Assembly: GCA_965140585.1 (NCBI GenBank) | Contig: OZ223268.1 | Span: 32,001 to 96,000, forward strand | Source: Spirochaetia bacterium | Lineage (GTDB): Bacteria > Spirochaetota > Spirochaetia > UBA9216 | Direction of reading: 5' to 3' | Length of the DNA: 64,000 nt | Shown here: in pieces, positions 1-9,474 of the stretch | Layout of the letters: each line of letters begins with the position of its first letter | How positions within the stretch are numbered: the first letter of the stretch is position 1 | Position numbers and translations under genes: made by a program | The notes under the pieces: model-generated | Seen by the model: the letters and a program-made list of their open reading frames with translations, nothing else | The model's database searches: none | What the model was told of the DNA's origin: nothing

Positions 1-487
1 TAACAGTAAGCTGAAGCTGCCCTTCACCGGAAAGACCAAGCAGATAATCGCGGCCTTCTGCCGTAACACTTAAGAGCTCTGAATAATATCCCAATGTCTC
101 CGGAGAAAACTGAAGGACAAGATCTTCTTTTGATACACCGGCTTTAAGGGTATACGGGAATTCAGGCAGCCCTGAGCTTATACTGAAGGCACTGTCTTCA
201 TCGACAAGAATGCTTTCAATCACGATATCTGATTCAGTTGTATTTTCAATAACAAAGGAAGCTTCTGTTGTTTCGCCGAGGATTATTTCACCAAAATCGA
301 GCTCTCCGATGTAACCCTTAATGACACTTTCCGAAGTACCATCATCATAGCCTAAGAATGTAAGCCCAATCGATTCACCCGGGGCAAAAATTTCACATCC
401 GTGAAGCAACAGGCTTAACATCAGAATACCGGACAAATAGGCTGATATTGATTTATAATTTCTTACTGTACTTTTTTTCACTTTCAT
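1..487 (-). CDS. Lipoprotein with choice-of-anchor D/ASH-type Ig-like domain (runs off window; not in ORF track)
   Basis: Manual translation from ATG 487: MKVKKSTVRNYKSISAYLSGILMLSLLLHGC (lipobox), then LDFGEIILGETTEASFVIENTTESDIVIESI...FSPETLGYYSELLSV; open to position 1; starts 2 nt after the prsW stop. Confidence 0.8.
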   Translation of the reverse strand, partial: MKVKKSTVRNYKSISAYLSGILMLSLLLHGCEIFAPGESIGLTFLGYDDGTSESVIKGYIGELDFGEIILGETTEASFVIENTTESDIVIESILVDEDSAFSISSGLPEFPYTLKAGVSKEDLVLQFSPETLGYYSELLSVTAEGRDYLLGLSGEGQLQLTV

Positions 488-489
488 TT

Positions 490-1149
490 TTATTTTCTCC
501 TTACTCCGCCTGAAACTCTTTTTCTTCCAAAAATGTTGAACAAGTAGTGCTGAACGAAAAACAGAAAAACCGGAATGATAATTCCCAGGACCTGCAGAGA
601 TTCAGTTAATCCTGATAAATTGTAAATTGAATGAATTGTAGATGAAAGAATGAACATTCCCGCCAGCAGAGGCAGAGATAAAAATTCATAATCCATCATA
701 ACCTGAATTGCATAGCCGACAAGGGCTGTCATTGACCCATGCAGAACACAGGCTGTCAGGCTCCTTGTTATGATAAAAAAAAGGCTGTCACTGATCCCGT
801 TTGAAGTGGTGATTGTAAGATAGAGATAATTCTCAAGAATCGAAAAACCAATTCCCACAGCCATTGCATACCTGACTATATTATACCGGGAAGTACTTTT
901 GTTCTTTCTCATAAAAATCAAAAGGGGTAAAAACTTGATAACTTCCTCCATGACGGGGATTATCTGACTCAGCAGTAAAGTTTCATCCGGAATGATATAG
1001 GTATCAATAAATATATTTATAAAATAAACCAGTATTGTAGAAGTAAGCCCCCAGGTGAAAAATACTATGAGCCTTCTATACTCTCCCTTAATTACCATGA
1101 TAAGAAAAAAAAGCGGAAGCAGTGTTCCAATGTACAGAGCTTCTATCAT
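490..1149 (-). CDS. prsW: PrsW-family glutamic-type intramembrane protease
   Basis: Multi-TM protein with EExxK (MEEVIK), GIGFSILEN, and two His motifs (VLHG, IHSIYN). Confidence 0.9.
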   Translation of the reverse strand: MIEALYIGTLLPLFFLIMVIKGEYRRLIVFFTWGLTSTILVYFINIFIDTYIIPDETLLLSQIIPVMEEVIKFLPLLIFMRKNKSTSRYNIVRYAMAVGIGFSILENYLYLTITTSNGISDSLFFIITRSLTACVLHGSMTALVGYAIQVMMDYEFLSLPLLAGMFILSSTIHSIYNLSGLTESLQVLGIIIPVFLFFVQHYLFNIFGRKRVSGGVRRK

Positions 1150-1871
1150 ATTAATTTCTCCTCATTGAATACGAAAATACCGCAGGTAAAATATATTATT
1201 ACAAATGGCATCAGCATATAATTCAGCAGAGGCGGAAGGTAGGCGGATATTCCCGTGTTATCAAAAAAGCATGTCATATCTATTAAACCGGAGGCCGATA
1301 CCGTCCATGTATACCATGAGAAGTATTTTGCATTTTTTGCGGGAGAGATTGATACCGACATAGCCCTTGCAATTATAAAAACAAGAAGCAGAGCGAAGCC
1401 TGATGTAACCCAGCCTTCCTTGTTGTAAAAATGAAGTCCAGAAGGAACAGCCAGCAGCATATAGGGAAGCAGCCGCCTTGCTCCGGACTTTTGTTCCCGC
1501 TTCCAGATTCCTGTTTTTACAAAGTATCTGCTTAAGCCCGTTATAAGCAGATAATACAGGTAGATGCCAGGATCTCCGAAGGGAAGCCGGTATGCCGGAA
1601 ATCCTGTTATGTGCCGGAACATTCTGTCTGCCGTAAAACCGAGAAGTCTGCCGCTTAGAATAAATACCGGGATAAGAATGAAAGGGCCGTATTTAAATCT
1701 TTCAATATTTGATGCCGCAGCTATAACAGCCGGCACGGCGGCAAAAGAAAACAGAATCAGAACAGCGTATTCTACCGGAAGAGGACTCAGCTTCAAATAA
1801 TAATCGGTGATTAATCCAGCAAGGAGTACAGAATAGATTATTATCAGTACCGGCAGAGCTTTCTGCTTCAT
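1146..1871 (-). CDS. Hypothetical polytopic membrane protein
   Basis: 241 aa, about 7-8 hydrophobic segments; 4-nt overlap with prsW. Confidence 0.75.
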   Translation of the reverse strand: MKQKALPVLIIIYSVLLAGLITDYYLKLSPLPVEYAVLILFSFAAVPAVIAAASNIERFKYGPFILIPVFILSGRLLGFTADRMFRHITGFPAYRLPFGDPGIYLYYLLITGLSRYFVKTGIWKREQKSGARRLLPYMLLAVPSGLHFYNKEGWVTSGFALLLVFIIARAMSVSISPAKNAKYFSWYTWTVSASGLIDMTCFFDNTGISAYLPPLLNYMLMPFVIIYFTCGIFVFNEEKLI

Positions 1872-1887
1872 AGGCTTAAATACATTC

Positions 1888-3594
1888 CTAAAGTCTAATC
1901 ACGAATGCAGCGTTAACCTGAAAATCGATTCCGCTGCTGTCGGAAAGATCTCCGCTGTCATCTGTTTCGCGGCCGAGGTCGATATCCCATGGTCTTGTTT
2001 CACCTGTTATAACAGCATTCCCTATAGTTGAGAAATTCTGCATATCAATTACGAAGTTTAATTTTTCACCCATCGGAAGAATAACTCCGGCCTTTGTTCC
2101 AATCTCCCAGGTTAAATCTCCGGACGCATTTTTCTCTTCCCATACACTTCTGGTATCTGTGTTATATGCCCGGTATACTTCAACTGAATACAACGCCGAT
2201 ACAGAAGCATCAAAGAAGAACCTGAAATCTTTACCGGGATTAACCGTATATCTTGCAAGCAGGTCTGCGCTGTGGATATAGGTTTCGGAGGGGTAGAGAT
2301 CATTGTCCGCACTTAGACTGTCGTCTGCCGGATCTGTTCCAAGACTGAGTTCGGTATAGTGATTTGTGTTAAGACTGTTATATGCACTGACACCGGCCGC
2401 GGTATCCGCATTCTGTGAATATCGCTCTGCAAAAAGTGAATAGCCAAGCCCGATTCTAAACCTGGACTTTTTTTCCTGATTAATAAATTCCAGTGCCAGC
2501 ATAGCATCAAAACTGCTTAATCCGGCATCATAGATATACTCAGAATAGCTGTCATCTGTTTCAGATTCAGCAAGCTCATGTTCCAGGTAGTAATAATATG
2601 TGTAGTCAAGCGGTGTATAACCGGCTTCTGCAATAAAGGAAAACGTCTTTGATAATGGCATCACAATGGCTGCTTTTACATCAACATTATTGTTTACCGC
2701 ATATTCCTGATGTTCATAGGAGGACAGCTGATACAGTTCACTTGCCTCATTGTAGTACTCCGGCCCGCCGTCAGCTGCCGGGAGCAGGTAGTAATCCTCG
2801 AGGGTATAGATGGTATCAAGATACCCGTCAGCATCAGTATCGACAGCCTTGTATTCCCGGTTCAGATCATCATAGTACCCGCTGTAAAGAAGGCTGAAAT
2901 AGAGTCTGTTTTTTTCAAGCGGCATATTAAAACCAAGAGTACTGCTGTAGGTATGCATATACTCATCAGTGTTATCCTGCCCCGATAATAATTGTGTGTA
3001 TGCGAATGCCGGACTGTATGAGCTGTCAGTTACCCAGTTGTAAAACTTCGGATCATATGTAAGACCGTATCCGAATGACAGACCGCCCTCTCCGTCTTCT
3101 CTCGAGAGAAAGCCGAAGTAGATATCAGCCGAACCGCTGTAATTATTTTCATTATACTTATCGATTACATCTTCGGTAGAACTGTTGTAGTTAATGCTTT
3201 CAGTTTTTTCACCCCGGTGTTCTGAGTTGTAGGACAAATCCAATCCGAAAACTCCCGGTTTATCTTCATTCTTTTTAAGTATGGTGAAGTCAGCATATGG
3301 AAGAATTTCATAAGAACTGTATGTTTCAGTTCCGCCGTCTGCCCCTATCGAATCATCAGAACGTTCATCACCCGTTCCGGATAGATTAAAATCCGTATCA
3401 AGATTTCCAAGAATCATATCACTTGTAATTCCCATAAGAATTGATGGATTATCTATATAATCGAATTCCGGATATAAGGCCGACGTACTTTCACCCTGAA
3501 AAAGAAGATTTGTTTCATCTAAATCTTCACCGGCGACAGAAAAGACAGCAGCTCCGAAGATTAAAAACAAGAAGAATATTTTTTTCATATACAA
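1888..3594 (-). CDS. Secreted acidic protein, probable outer-membrane beta-barrel
   Basis: Signal peptide; alternating amphipathic strands (FGLDLSY, FRIGLGYS, LTWEIGTKAGV); C-terminal strand FQVNAAFVIRL. Confidence 0.65.
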   Translation of the reverse strand: MYMKKIFFLFLIFGAAVFSVAGEDLDETNLLFQGESTSALYPEFDYIDNPSILMGITSDMILGNLDTDFNLSGTGDERSDDSIGADGGTETYSSYEILPYADFTILKKNEDKPGVFGLDLSYNSEHRGEKTESINYNSSTEDVIDKYNENNYSGSADIYFGFLSREDGEGGLSFGYGLTYDPKFYNWVTDSSYSPAFAYTQLLSGQDNTDEYMHTYSSTLGFNMPLEKNRLYFSLLYSGYYDDLNREYKAVDTDADGYLDTIYTLEDYYLLPAADGGPEYYNEASELYQLSSYEHQEYAVNNNVDVKAAIVMPLSKTFSFIAEAGYTPLDYTYYYYLEHELAESETDDSYSEYIYDAGLSSFDAMLALEFINQEKKSRFRIGLGYSLFAERYSQNADTAAGVSAYNSLNTNHYTELSLGTDPADDSLSADNDLYPSETYIHSADLLARYTVNPGKDFRFFFDASVSALYSVEVYRAYNTDTRSVWEEKNASGDLTWEIGTKAGVILPMGEKLNFVIDMQNFSTIGNAVITGETRPWDIDLGRETDDSGDLSDSSGIDFQVNAAFVIRL

Positions 3595-3600
3595 TTTCCT

Positions 3601-4929
3601 TTATTTAAATCTGTGATTATTTTTCATATCAACTAATTTTACGTCTTCTTCAGATGAATTGATTCTGGCAGATATTCCTTTAAGCATCCTGCTTCCCGCT
3701 TCTTCATCATCAACTTCATAGTCGTAGTATTTATAAACGTACTTGGTTTCAATTTCATAATACACATCGTTAATATACTCTTCCGAATACCTGATGGATG
3801 TCCGGTCATACAGCAGTGTTCCTCCTTCCGTATAACGGCATTCTTCAAGCAGATTCGAATCATCATCATAACTGTAGCTTGTATATTCGGTGACAGAGCC
3901 GTAGAGACTGCGAGTTTCCTTTGTGATGTTGCCGAGAGAATCGTACTCGATATTAAGAACAGTATACTTGGAACCGATCTCATCTATATCGATATCATAG
4001 GTAAAGGGATCCGTATCGCCGGTATTGAGATCATCAAATGACAGATTGTCGTAAGTTCCGCTTGAGATCTGCGGAACGCTGTCCACTGATTCTCCGTCAG
4101 CGAGAAGATCATAAAGATAATCAGCCTGTTCATATACGTTACCGTCTTCATTACGTTGGTAGCGGGTCAGGTAGTAAAACTGGTCATCAGCTTCAACAAA
4201 GGGGTTGTAGGATGAGTGGTAGAGCTCATACAGATATTCCCAGGATTCATCATCATACCAGCATGCATATTCCTCCGTAAGAAAAAGATCATAATCGCCG
4301 TTGTCGGGGGCTTCAGCCGCGAAGTATTTTTCAGTACGGTAATACAAATAATCATAGTCATCTTCCAGATAGGTTACTTCCTGCCGGGCAATTATTTCAT
4401 CACCTGAGCCGGTGACTTTATAATCTATAATCTCTGTATATTCACTGTAATTTATCGTATCAGAGTCTGTTCCTTCAGAATTAATGTTTGTGTAAGCAAC
4501 TGTGTAATATAATCCGAGTTCGCCGTCATCGGAGGTATCTGAGGGCGCACGTGTTTCAGCACCGCTTAGCAGGTAGTCATATACAGTCTCTCCGTCATAG
4601 AGGTAAAAATCTTTCACATAGCTGTAAATATAAAACTCGACAAGAGTCTCTTCACCTTCTGTTACGCTGTATACATCAGTTTGTGTATTAAGATAAACCC
4701 CGTCGGAATCTTTATATGTGTACCTGTAAACCGCACTCAAAATTCCGTTTTCATCATAGACTCTCGTTTCAACCGGTTCCAGATCGTACTGTTCGGGATC
4801 AACATATTTGCTGAATGTAACTTCTTTCGAATAATAATCAATTGTTCCTTCTGATCCACTGTCCAGATCGCAGGAGACAAGGATTATCAGTATAATTGTA
4901 ATAATTAGATAAATGTATTTACTTTTCAT
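3601..4929 (-). CDS. Tyr/Asp/Glu-rich lipoprotein with YD-like repeats
   Basis: Likely start MKSKYIYLII at 4929 (ATGA overlap with upstream stop); lipobox LVSC; motifs YDENG, EYDSLGNITKE, YSYDDDSNLLEE. Confidence 0.75.
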   Translation of the reverse strand: MKSKYIYLIITIILIILVSCDLDSGSEGTIDYYSKEVTFSKYVDPEQYDLEPVETRVYDENGILSAVYRYTYKDSDGVYLNTQTDVYSVTEGEETLVEFYIYSYVKDFYLYDGETVYDYLLSGAETRAPSDTSDDGELGLYYTVAYTNINSEGTDSDTINYSEYTEIIDYKVTGSGDEIIARQEVTYLEDDYDYLYYRTEKYFAAEAPDNGDYDLFLTEEYACWYDDESWEYLYELYHSSYNPFVEADDQFYYLTRYQRNEDGNVYEQADYLYDLLADGESVDSVPQISSGTYDNLSFDDLNTGDTDPFTYDIDIDEIGSKYTVLNIEYDSLGNITKETRSLYGSVTEYTSYSYDDDSNLLEECRYTEGGTLLYDRTSIRYSEEYINDVYYEIETKYVYKYYDYEVDDEEAGSRMLKGISARINSSEEDVKLVDMKNNHRFK

Positions 4930-6446
4930 ATTTCCAGACTTCCATCCCAGTTCCAGAAGGGCCACTTATCATCCCAGATATCTATAGGGATAGTGAGTAT
5001 CTTGAGTCCAACTTCGGCATATGCCCCCGCTTCGGCATAGGCTGCAATAATCCAGTCATCGAAGTTGCCGTAAAATCCGTCATCGGTGTTATAGCCCATT
5101 ATACCAAGCGGCTCGACATATCCGCCTACAGTCAGGTAGATTCCTCCGCCGCCTTCCAGTTCGACAAGATCGATACCAAGCAGTCCGAGGCTTCCGCCAA
5201 TGTACAGACCGGCCTTTGTTGTGACTTCTGCGGCAATTGTAGGCCGGAAGGCAAAGTTCATATAATTATTATCAAATGCAGGTTTAAGCTTGTATGGAAT
5301 ATAGGCCATGGATAGTTTGCACTCTCCGCCGAGTGTCATTCTGGAGTATTCTGAAACCTCAGCTGTCAGCGAGACGTTCCCGTCCACACTAATTTTTGCA
5401 GAAATCCCAACGGAAATTTTTATTGTCGTATTCGGATCAAGGAATATAACCTCAAGCAGAGGAACCGAAAGCTCGGATGCAAGCGAGGCAGTTCCTATCA
5501 GTTTGAAGTCAAACTCCTGGGCTATGGTTGCAATACATTTAACTGATCCGCTTTTAAAATGGAATTCAGGATGATAAACAATCCACCAGTCATGAACCCA
5601 TGACACCGTACAGCTGGGCTTATTAAGTCCACCTTCAACTCTCAGCTGCTTAAGGTTCAAAGTTCCTTTCAGCTTGATTTCACCCGAAGCGCTTATTTCA
5701 AGTTCAGTCTCAGAAAACTCATTATCGTCATCTTTATCGTCATCTTTATCATCATCTTTATCGTCATCTTTATCATTGCTGTCGGAGTTCTGGTTGTTCT
5801 CTTTTTTCTTCCCCTCTTTAGCAATCTTCTTAAGCCCTTCAATGATCTCTTTTTTAACTTCCTTTTTCCAGAGAGTTATATCAACATTAAATGAACGCAG
5901 GGTATCAAGATCATCAACCTCAGGATCTGTGTCGTACCATAGAACCGATCTTAAATCTGCAGTTGTCTGTTTAAAAGACGAAGAAAGCTTATCAGCCTCA
6001 GCAGCATTCTTAGGAAGAAGAGTGACTCCCTTTGAAAGCGATGCTCTGCCGAGGCTGTCCTCAGTACAGCTTATATCAAACTCGGGAATAGATACTCCGT
6101 TGAACACCTCTTCGGGTCTGGGAGCAGTGGTTTCTATTACCGTTTTGCCATTGTATTCATATATGTCGACTACCTTTCTGGCTTCATTATCTGCTGTAAT
6201 AAAAATGGAGCCGATTTCCAAATCATCAGGAGTTGAAGACCTTTTCGGAGTATTGGCTGATCTGGAAAATAGAGTTCCGATAGGTCTCAGATCTATTATA
6301 CCGTCAGTAAATATTGCGTTGATGCCGGACATCGGGACATCGGCAGATACAGAAAAAGCTGTGAAAAACAGAAACATAATGAAGGAAACCAAGCCCTTCT
6401 TCATTAAACCGTAATTATTACTATACATTTTAACATCCTGATTCAT
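4926..6446 (-). CDS. Secreted hypothetical protein with DKDD low-complexity linker and Gly/beta-rich C-terminal domain
   Basis: 506-aa ORF; signal peptide from MKKGLVSF (alternative start 6404); (DKDD)4 tract. Confidence 0.75.
   Translation of the reverse strand: MNQDVKMYSNNYGLMKKGLVSFIMFLFFTAFSVSADVPMSGINAIFTDGIIDLRPIGTLFSRSANTPKRSSTPDDLEIGSIFITADNEARKVVDIYEYNGKTVIETTAPRPEEVFNGVSIPEFDISCTEDSLGRASLSKGVTLLPKNAAEADKLSSSFKQTTADLRSVLWYDTDPEVDDLDTLRSFNVDITLWKKEVKKEIIEGLKKIAKEGKKKENNQNSDSNDKDDDKDDDKDDDKDDDNEFSETELEISASGEIKLKGTLNLKQLRVEGGLNKPSCTVSWVHDWWIVYHPEFHFKSGSVKCIATIAQEFDFKLIGTASLASELSVPLLEVIFLDPNTTIKISVGISAKISVDGNVSLTAEVSEYSRMTLGGECKLSMAYIPYKLKPAFDNNYMNFAFRPTIAAEVTTKAGLYIGGSLGLLGIDLVELEGGGGIYLTVGGYVEPLGIMGYNTDDGFYGNFDDWIIAAYAEAGAYAEVGLKILTIPIDIWDDKWPFWNWDGSLEI
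5728..5775. repeat. 12-bp tandem repeat x4 (TCATCTTTATCR) encoding DKDD
   Basis: Units at 5728, 5740, 5752, 5764. Confidence 0.9.
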
Positions 6447-6447
6447 C

Positions 6448-6906
6448 CTAATAATCTTTCATAAAAACACTTTCATCATCATGCTGCTCAACCACACCGC
6501 GAAGTTCACCATCCTCGTCATACCCGAAGTATGTATTCATTTCAGTTCCGTCCGATGCACTTCTGCTGATTTGGATAAGCTTGTCATTATCATCATAGAC
6601 TTCTTCGGTATACCAGGTAACGGCGGTTTCAGAACCACCTGTCGGAGTAGATACTGTCCTGGCCAGGTAGCCTGCCTCATCATATTCGTAGGTGACTGTT
6701 TTACTTATTTTCTGATTAGAATCATAGCTGAGCGTTTTTAACAGTGTCTTTCCGTCGGAACTGTATTCATATTCGTTGAGAACATCATTTGTATCCTGAT
6801 CGATTATGACAAAACTTTTGCTCTCCTCTTCATCAGCAAAGAGCCCGCAGCCCCATACTGATAAGACAGCTGCAGCTAATAGAGCTGCTGGTATCACATT
6901 TTTCAT
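6448..6906 (-). CDS. Small lipoprotein with YD-like repeats
   Basis: Lipobox VWGC; YEYSSDG, YEYDEAG, YDDNDK, YDEDGE; RBS GGAGGAG. Confidence 0.85.
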   Translation of the reverse strand: MKNVIPAALLAAAVLSVWGCGLFADEEESKSFVIIDQDTNDVLNEYEYSSDGKTLLKTLSYDSNQKISKTVTYEYDEAGYLARTVSTPTGGSETAVTWYTEEVYDDNDKLIQISRSASDGTEMNTYFGYDEDGELRGVVEQHDDESVFMKDY

Positions 6907-6920
6907 ATTTTCTCCTCCGG

Positions 6921-7088
6921 CTACCTTCTTATATGCTGAGAAGGCGGTCTTCTTGCGGCATCCAGGAAATTCATATCATCAAAAACCGGAAAATGGAAAA
7001 ACTGACCAATAACAAACCCTAACAGCAGAAAAACAATCGGAAAGATTATTGCTCCGGCTTTTAAACTTTTCTTTTTCTTTTTAGCCAT
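6921..7088 (-). CDS. 55-aa single-pass membrane protein (missed by ORF track)
   Basis: MAKKKKKSLKAGAIIFPIVFLLLGFVIGQFFHFPVFDDMNFLDAARRPPSQHIRR*; RBS AGGAG upstream; first gene of the operon. Confidence 0.75.
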   Translation of the reverse strand: MAKKKKKSLKAGAIIFPIVFLLLGFVIGQFFHFPVFDDMNFLDAARRPPSQHIRR

Positions 7089-7131
7089 AGTTTTGCTCCT
7101 GAAACTGTTGAATTTTGTATTTACAGTTATT

Positions 7132-7189
7132 TTTATATACCCGGTTCACAAGTAATTCGTCCGGCTGTATCCAGTGAGACTTTTTTTTT
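7132..7189 (-). promoter_or_regulatory. Putative activator box overlapping -35, plus -10 hexamer (shared motif, copy 1)
   Basis: Minus strand: A9-GTCTCACTGGATACAGCCGGACGAA-18 nt-TATAAA; same spacing as copies at 21451, 37913, 40353. Confidence 0.55.
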
Positions 7190-7238
7190 AATTAATGACA
7201 ATTTTTTTTATAATCATTACAATGAATAAGTGAAATAA

Positions 7239-8357
7239 ATGAATACAAGGTTTATTTATCCTACAATTACAGCCATCGCAATATTTCAGTCCTTCTTTTA
7301 CTTTCTGCTTCTTCTTAAAGAAAAGAGTAAAAACAGGAGCAATCTGTACCTGGGATTCCTTGTTCTGTCTCTTGGTTTAAGCTTGACATTTGAGATAATC
7401 TATCCGACAGACTGGTATGAATATCTGCATTTTCTGATTAAGAGCTATGTCCCATGCCAGTTTCTGATTGGCCCCTTCCTCTTCTTTTATATCAGATCTC
7501 TGACCAGTGAAACTCCACGCTTCAGAAGGATAGATTTAATCCATTTCCTTCCGTTTATAGCTGTTATGATTTACCTTGGTCCGTTTTTTCTGTCACCGGT
7601 AGAGGATAAAATCGAATATGCCAGAGCATATGTTATCCAGGGGCGCGATAACTTTATCGAAGAATGGGTAATCTGGCTGGGTATGCAGACTTCATTATGG
7701 GTGTACGGTATTAAAAGCCTGCTACTAACTCACCCGGTTTTTCAGGAACTTAGGAAAAAGAAAGATATCAGAATGTTCCTGAAGAACTGGCAGCTGCTGC
7801 TTTATTTTGCAATATTTCTTACACTGGTTCTATATCTGGCCGGCAGTATAATGATGCTCGCCGGATGCAAGCTCTGCGAATTCAACCACACAATAACCCT
7901 CATGTTGACTATAATGATCATGGGTCTCGGTCTTGTAGGAATGAACCGTATGGACAGGGTAACAAAACCCCTTGTACTGAAAAGAAAGGGCAAACCGCTG
8001 AGCAACAGCGAAATAATGAATCAGATTACAGAAATACTTAATCAGCACAAATACTACCTGGACCCCGAGCTGACACTTGAGGGCCTGGCTAAAAACCTTG
8101 AAATTTCACGTACTGAACTCTCAAAAATAATTAATCAGAACTGCGGTAATAATTTTTACGATTATATAAATTCCTTCAGAACCGATGAGTTTATCAACAG
8201 ACTGCGGCTTGCTGAATACAAGAACAGAAATATTCTGGACATAGCCTTTGATGCCGGTTTCAATTCAAAATCAACGTTCAACCGGGTATTCAAGGAACAA
8301 ACCGGAAAAACGCCTCTGCAATATAAAAAAGACCTCGCAAAAATCAATGCTGAATAA
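7239..8357 (+). CDS. Membrane-anchored AraC-family transcriptional regulator
   Basis: N-terminal multi-TM domain; C-terminal YLDPELTLEGLA...NFYDYIN...IAFDAGFNSKSTFNRVFKEQTGKTP. Confidence 0.93.
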   Translation: MNTRFIYPTITAIAIFQSFFYFLLLLKEKSKNRSNLYLGFLVLSLGLSLTFEIIYPTDWYEYLHFLIKSYVPCQFLIGPFLFFYIRSLTSETPRFRRIDLIHFLPFIAVMIYLGPFFLSPVEDKIEYARAYVIQGRDNFIEEWVIWLGMQTSLWVYGIKSLLLTHPVFQELRKKKDIRMFLKNWQLLLYFAIFLTLVLYLAGSIMMLAGCKLCEFNHTITLMLTIMIMGLGLVGMNRMDRVTKPLVLKRKGKPLSNSEIMNQITEILNQHKYYLDPELTLEGLAKNLEISRTELSKIINQNCGNNFYDYINSFRTDEFINRLRLAEYKNRNILDIAFDAGFNSKSTFNRVFKEQTGKTPLQYKKDLAKINAE

Positions 8358-8382
8358 TACCTCCGGCTATGTCCGTACCGTT

Positions 8383-9456
8383 CTACTGCTCAAGAATATG
8401 AATTGAATTTGGATCCATCGAGAATGAAAGATTCTCACCTACTCCGATAGTCACCTTCCGCATTGGATTGTTCTCTGATATTTCATATGTCTGTCCAAAC
8501 AGCTCAACCTCATATTCATGATGCGATCCCATAAATACACTCTTCGTAACAGGGGCGCTGAAACCCTTTCCGCCGATTATGAAAGATTCAGGGCGAATCA
8601 TAAACTTGACAGTTTCGCCGACGGCATGGCCTGTGGTTTTTTCAGTTTCATATACAACACCATGTATATCCAGTGATACTTTATCTGCCTTTTCAGAGAT
8701 TATCTTTCCTTCGAGGATATTTGCACGTCCGATAAACTGTGCGACAAAGTCATTAACCGGTTTCTGGTATATTTCATGCGGGGAGCCGACCTGCTGAATG
8801 GCGCCGTCTTTCATTATTACGATCTTGTCTGAAAGCCCCATCGCCTCTTCCTGGTCATGAGTAACATATATGGAAGAAATCCCGACCTGTTTCTGAATTT
8901 TACGTATTTCATCTCGCATATGAAGCCGAAGTTTAGCATCAAGGTTTGAGAGAGGCTCATCAAAAAGAAGAACTCCCGACTCCATTATCAGAGCTCTTGC
9001 CAGAGACACCCGCTGCTGCTGGCCTCCGGACATTTCAGACGGAACCCTGTCTGCAAAATCTTCCATTTTCATCAGGCCGAGTATTTTTGCCACTCTCTGC
9101 TTAATCTCAGATTTGGGAAGCTTCTGCAGTTTCAGCCCGTATGCAATGTTATCATAGACATTCATATGCGGAAAAAGCGCATAATTCTGGAAAACCATGG
9201 CAGTGTCGCGCTTATCCGGGGTCAGGTTAGCTACATTCTTATCACCGATGTATATTTCCCCGGATGTCGGGATCTCAAATCCCGCAAGCATTCTGAGGGT
9301 TGTAGTTTTACCGCAGCCTGAAGGCCCCAGCAGACAGACAAACTCGCCGGGTTCGATAATCAGATTAACATTATCTACAGCTTTTACCTGTTCATTTTTA
9401 TTTGTAATGAAGGTCTTGGTAAGATTCTTCAGTTCTACTTTAATCTTGTTATTCAT
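8383..9456 (-). CDS. ABC ATPase, FbpC/AfuC/PotA family
   Basis: GPSGCGKT, MSGGQQQRV, LLFDEP, YVTHD, C-terminal TOBE-like region. Confidence 0.93.
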   Translation of the reverse strand: MNNKIKVELKNLTKTFITNKNEQVKAVDNVNLIIEPGEFVCLLGPSGCGKTTTLRMLAGFEIPTSGEIYIGDKNVANLTPDKRDTAMVFQNYALFPHMNVYDNIAYGLKLQKLPKSEIKQRVAKILGLMKMEDFADRVPSEMSGGQQQRVSLARALIMESGVLLFDEPLSNLDAKLRLHMRDEIRKIQKQVGISSIYVTHDQEEAMGLSDKIVIMKDGAIQQVGSPHEIYQKPVNDFVAQFIGRANILEGKIISEKADKVSLDIHGVVYETEKTTGHAVGETVKFMIRPESFIIGGKGFSAPVTKSVFMGSHHEYEVELFGQTYEISENNPMRKVTIGVGENLSFSMDPNSIHILEQ

Positions 9457-9474
9457 TATGCACTAACTCCATAT

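Noticed and set aside
5728-5775. DDDK tract resembling FLAG/enterokinase tags
   Set aside because: No DYKDDDDK and no vector context; natural low-complexity repeat.
5674-6414. 246-aa Ser-rich plus-strand ORF
   Set aside because: Antisense shadow of the secreted protein; the SLSS repeats are the reverse complement of DKDD.
3601-6906. RHS polymorphic toxin locus
   Set aside because: No RHS core, DPxG site, toxin tip, PAAR/VgrG or immunity gene.
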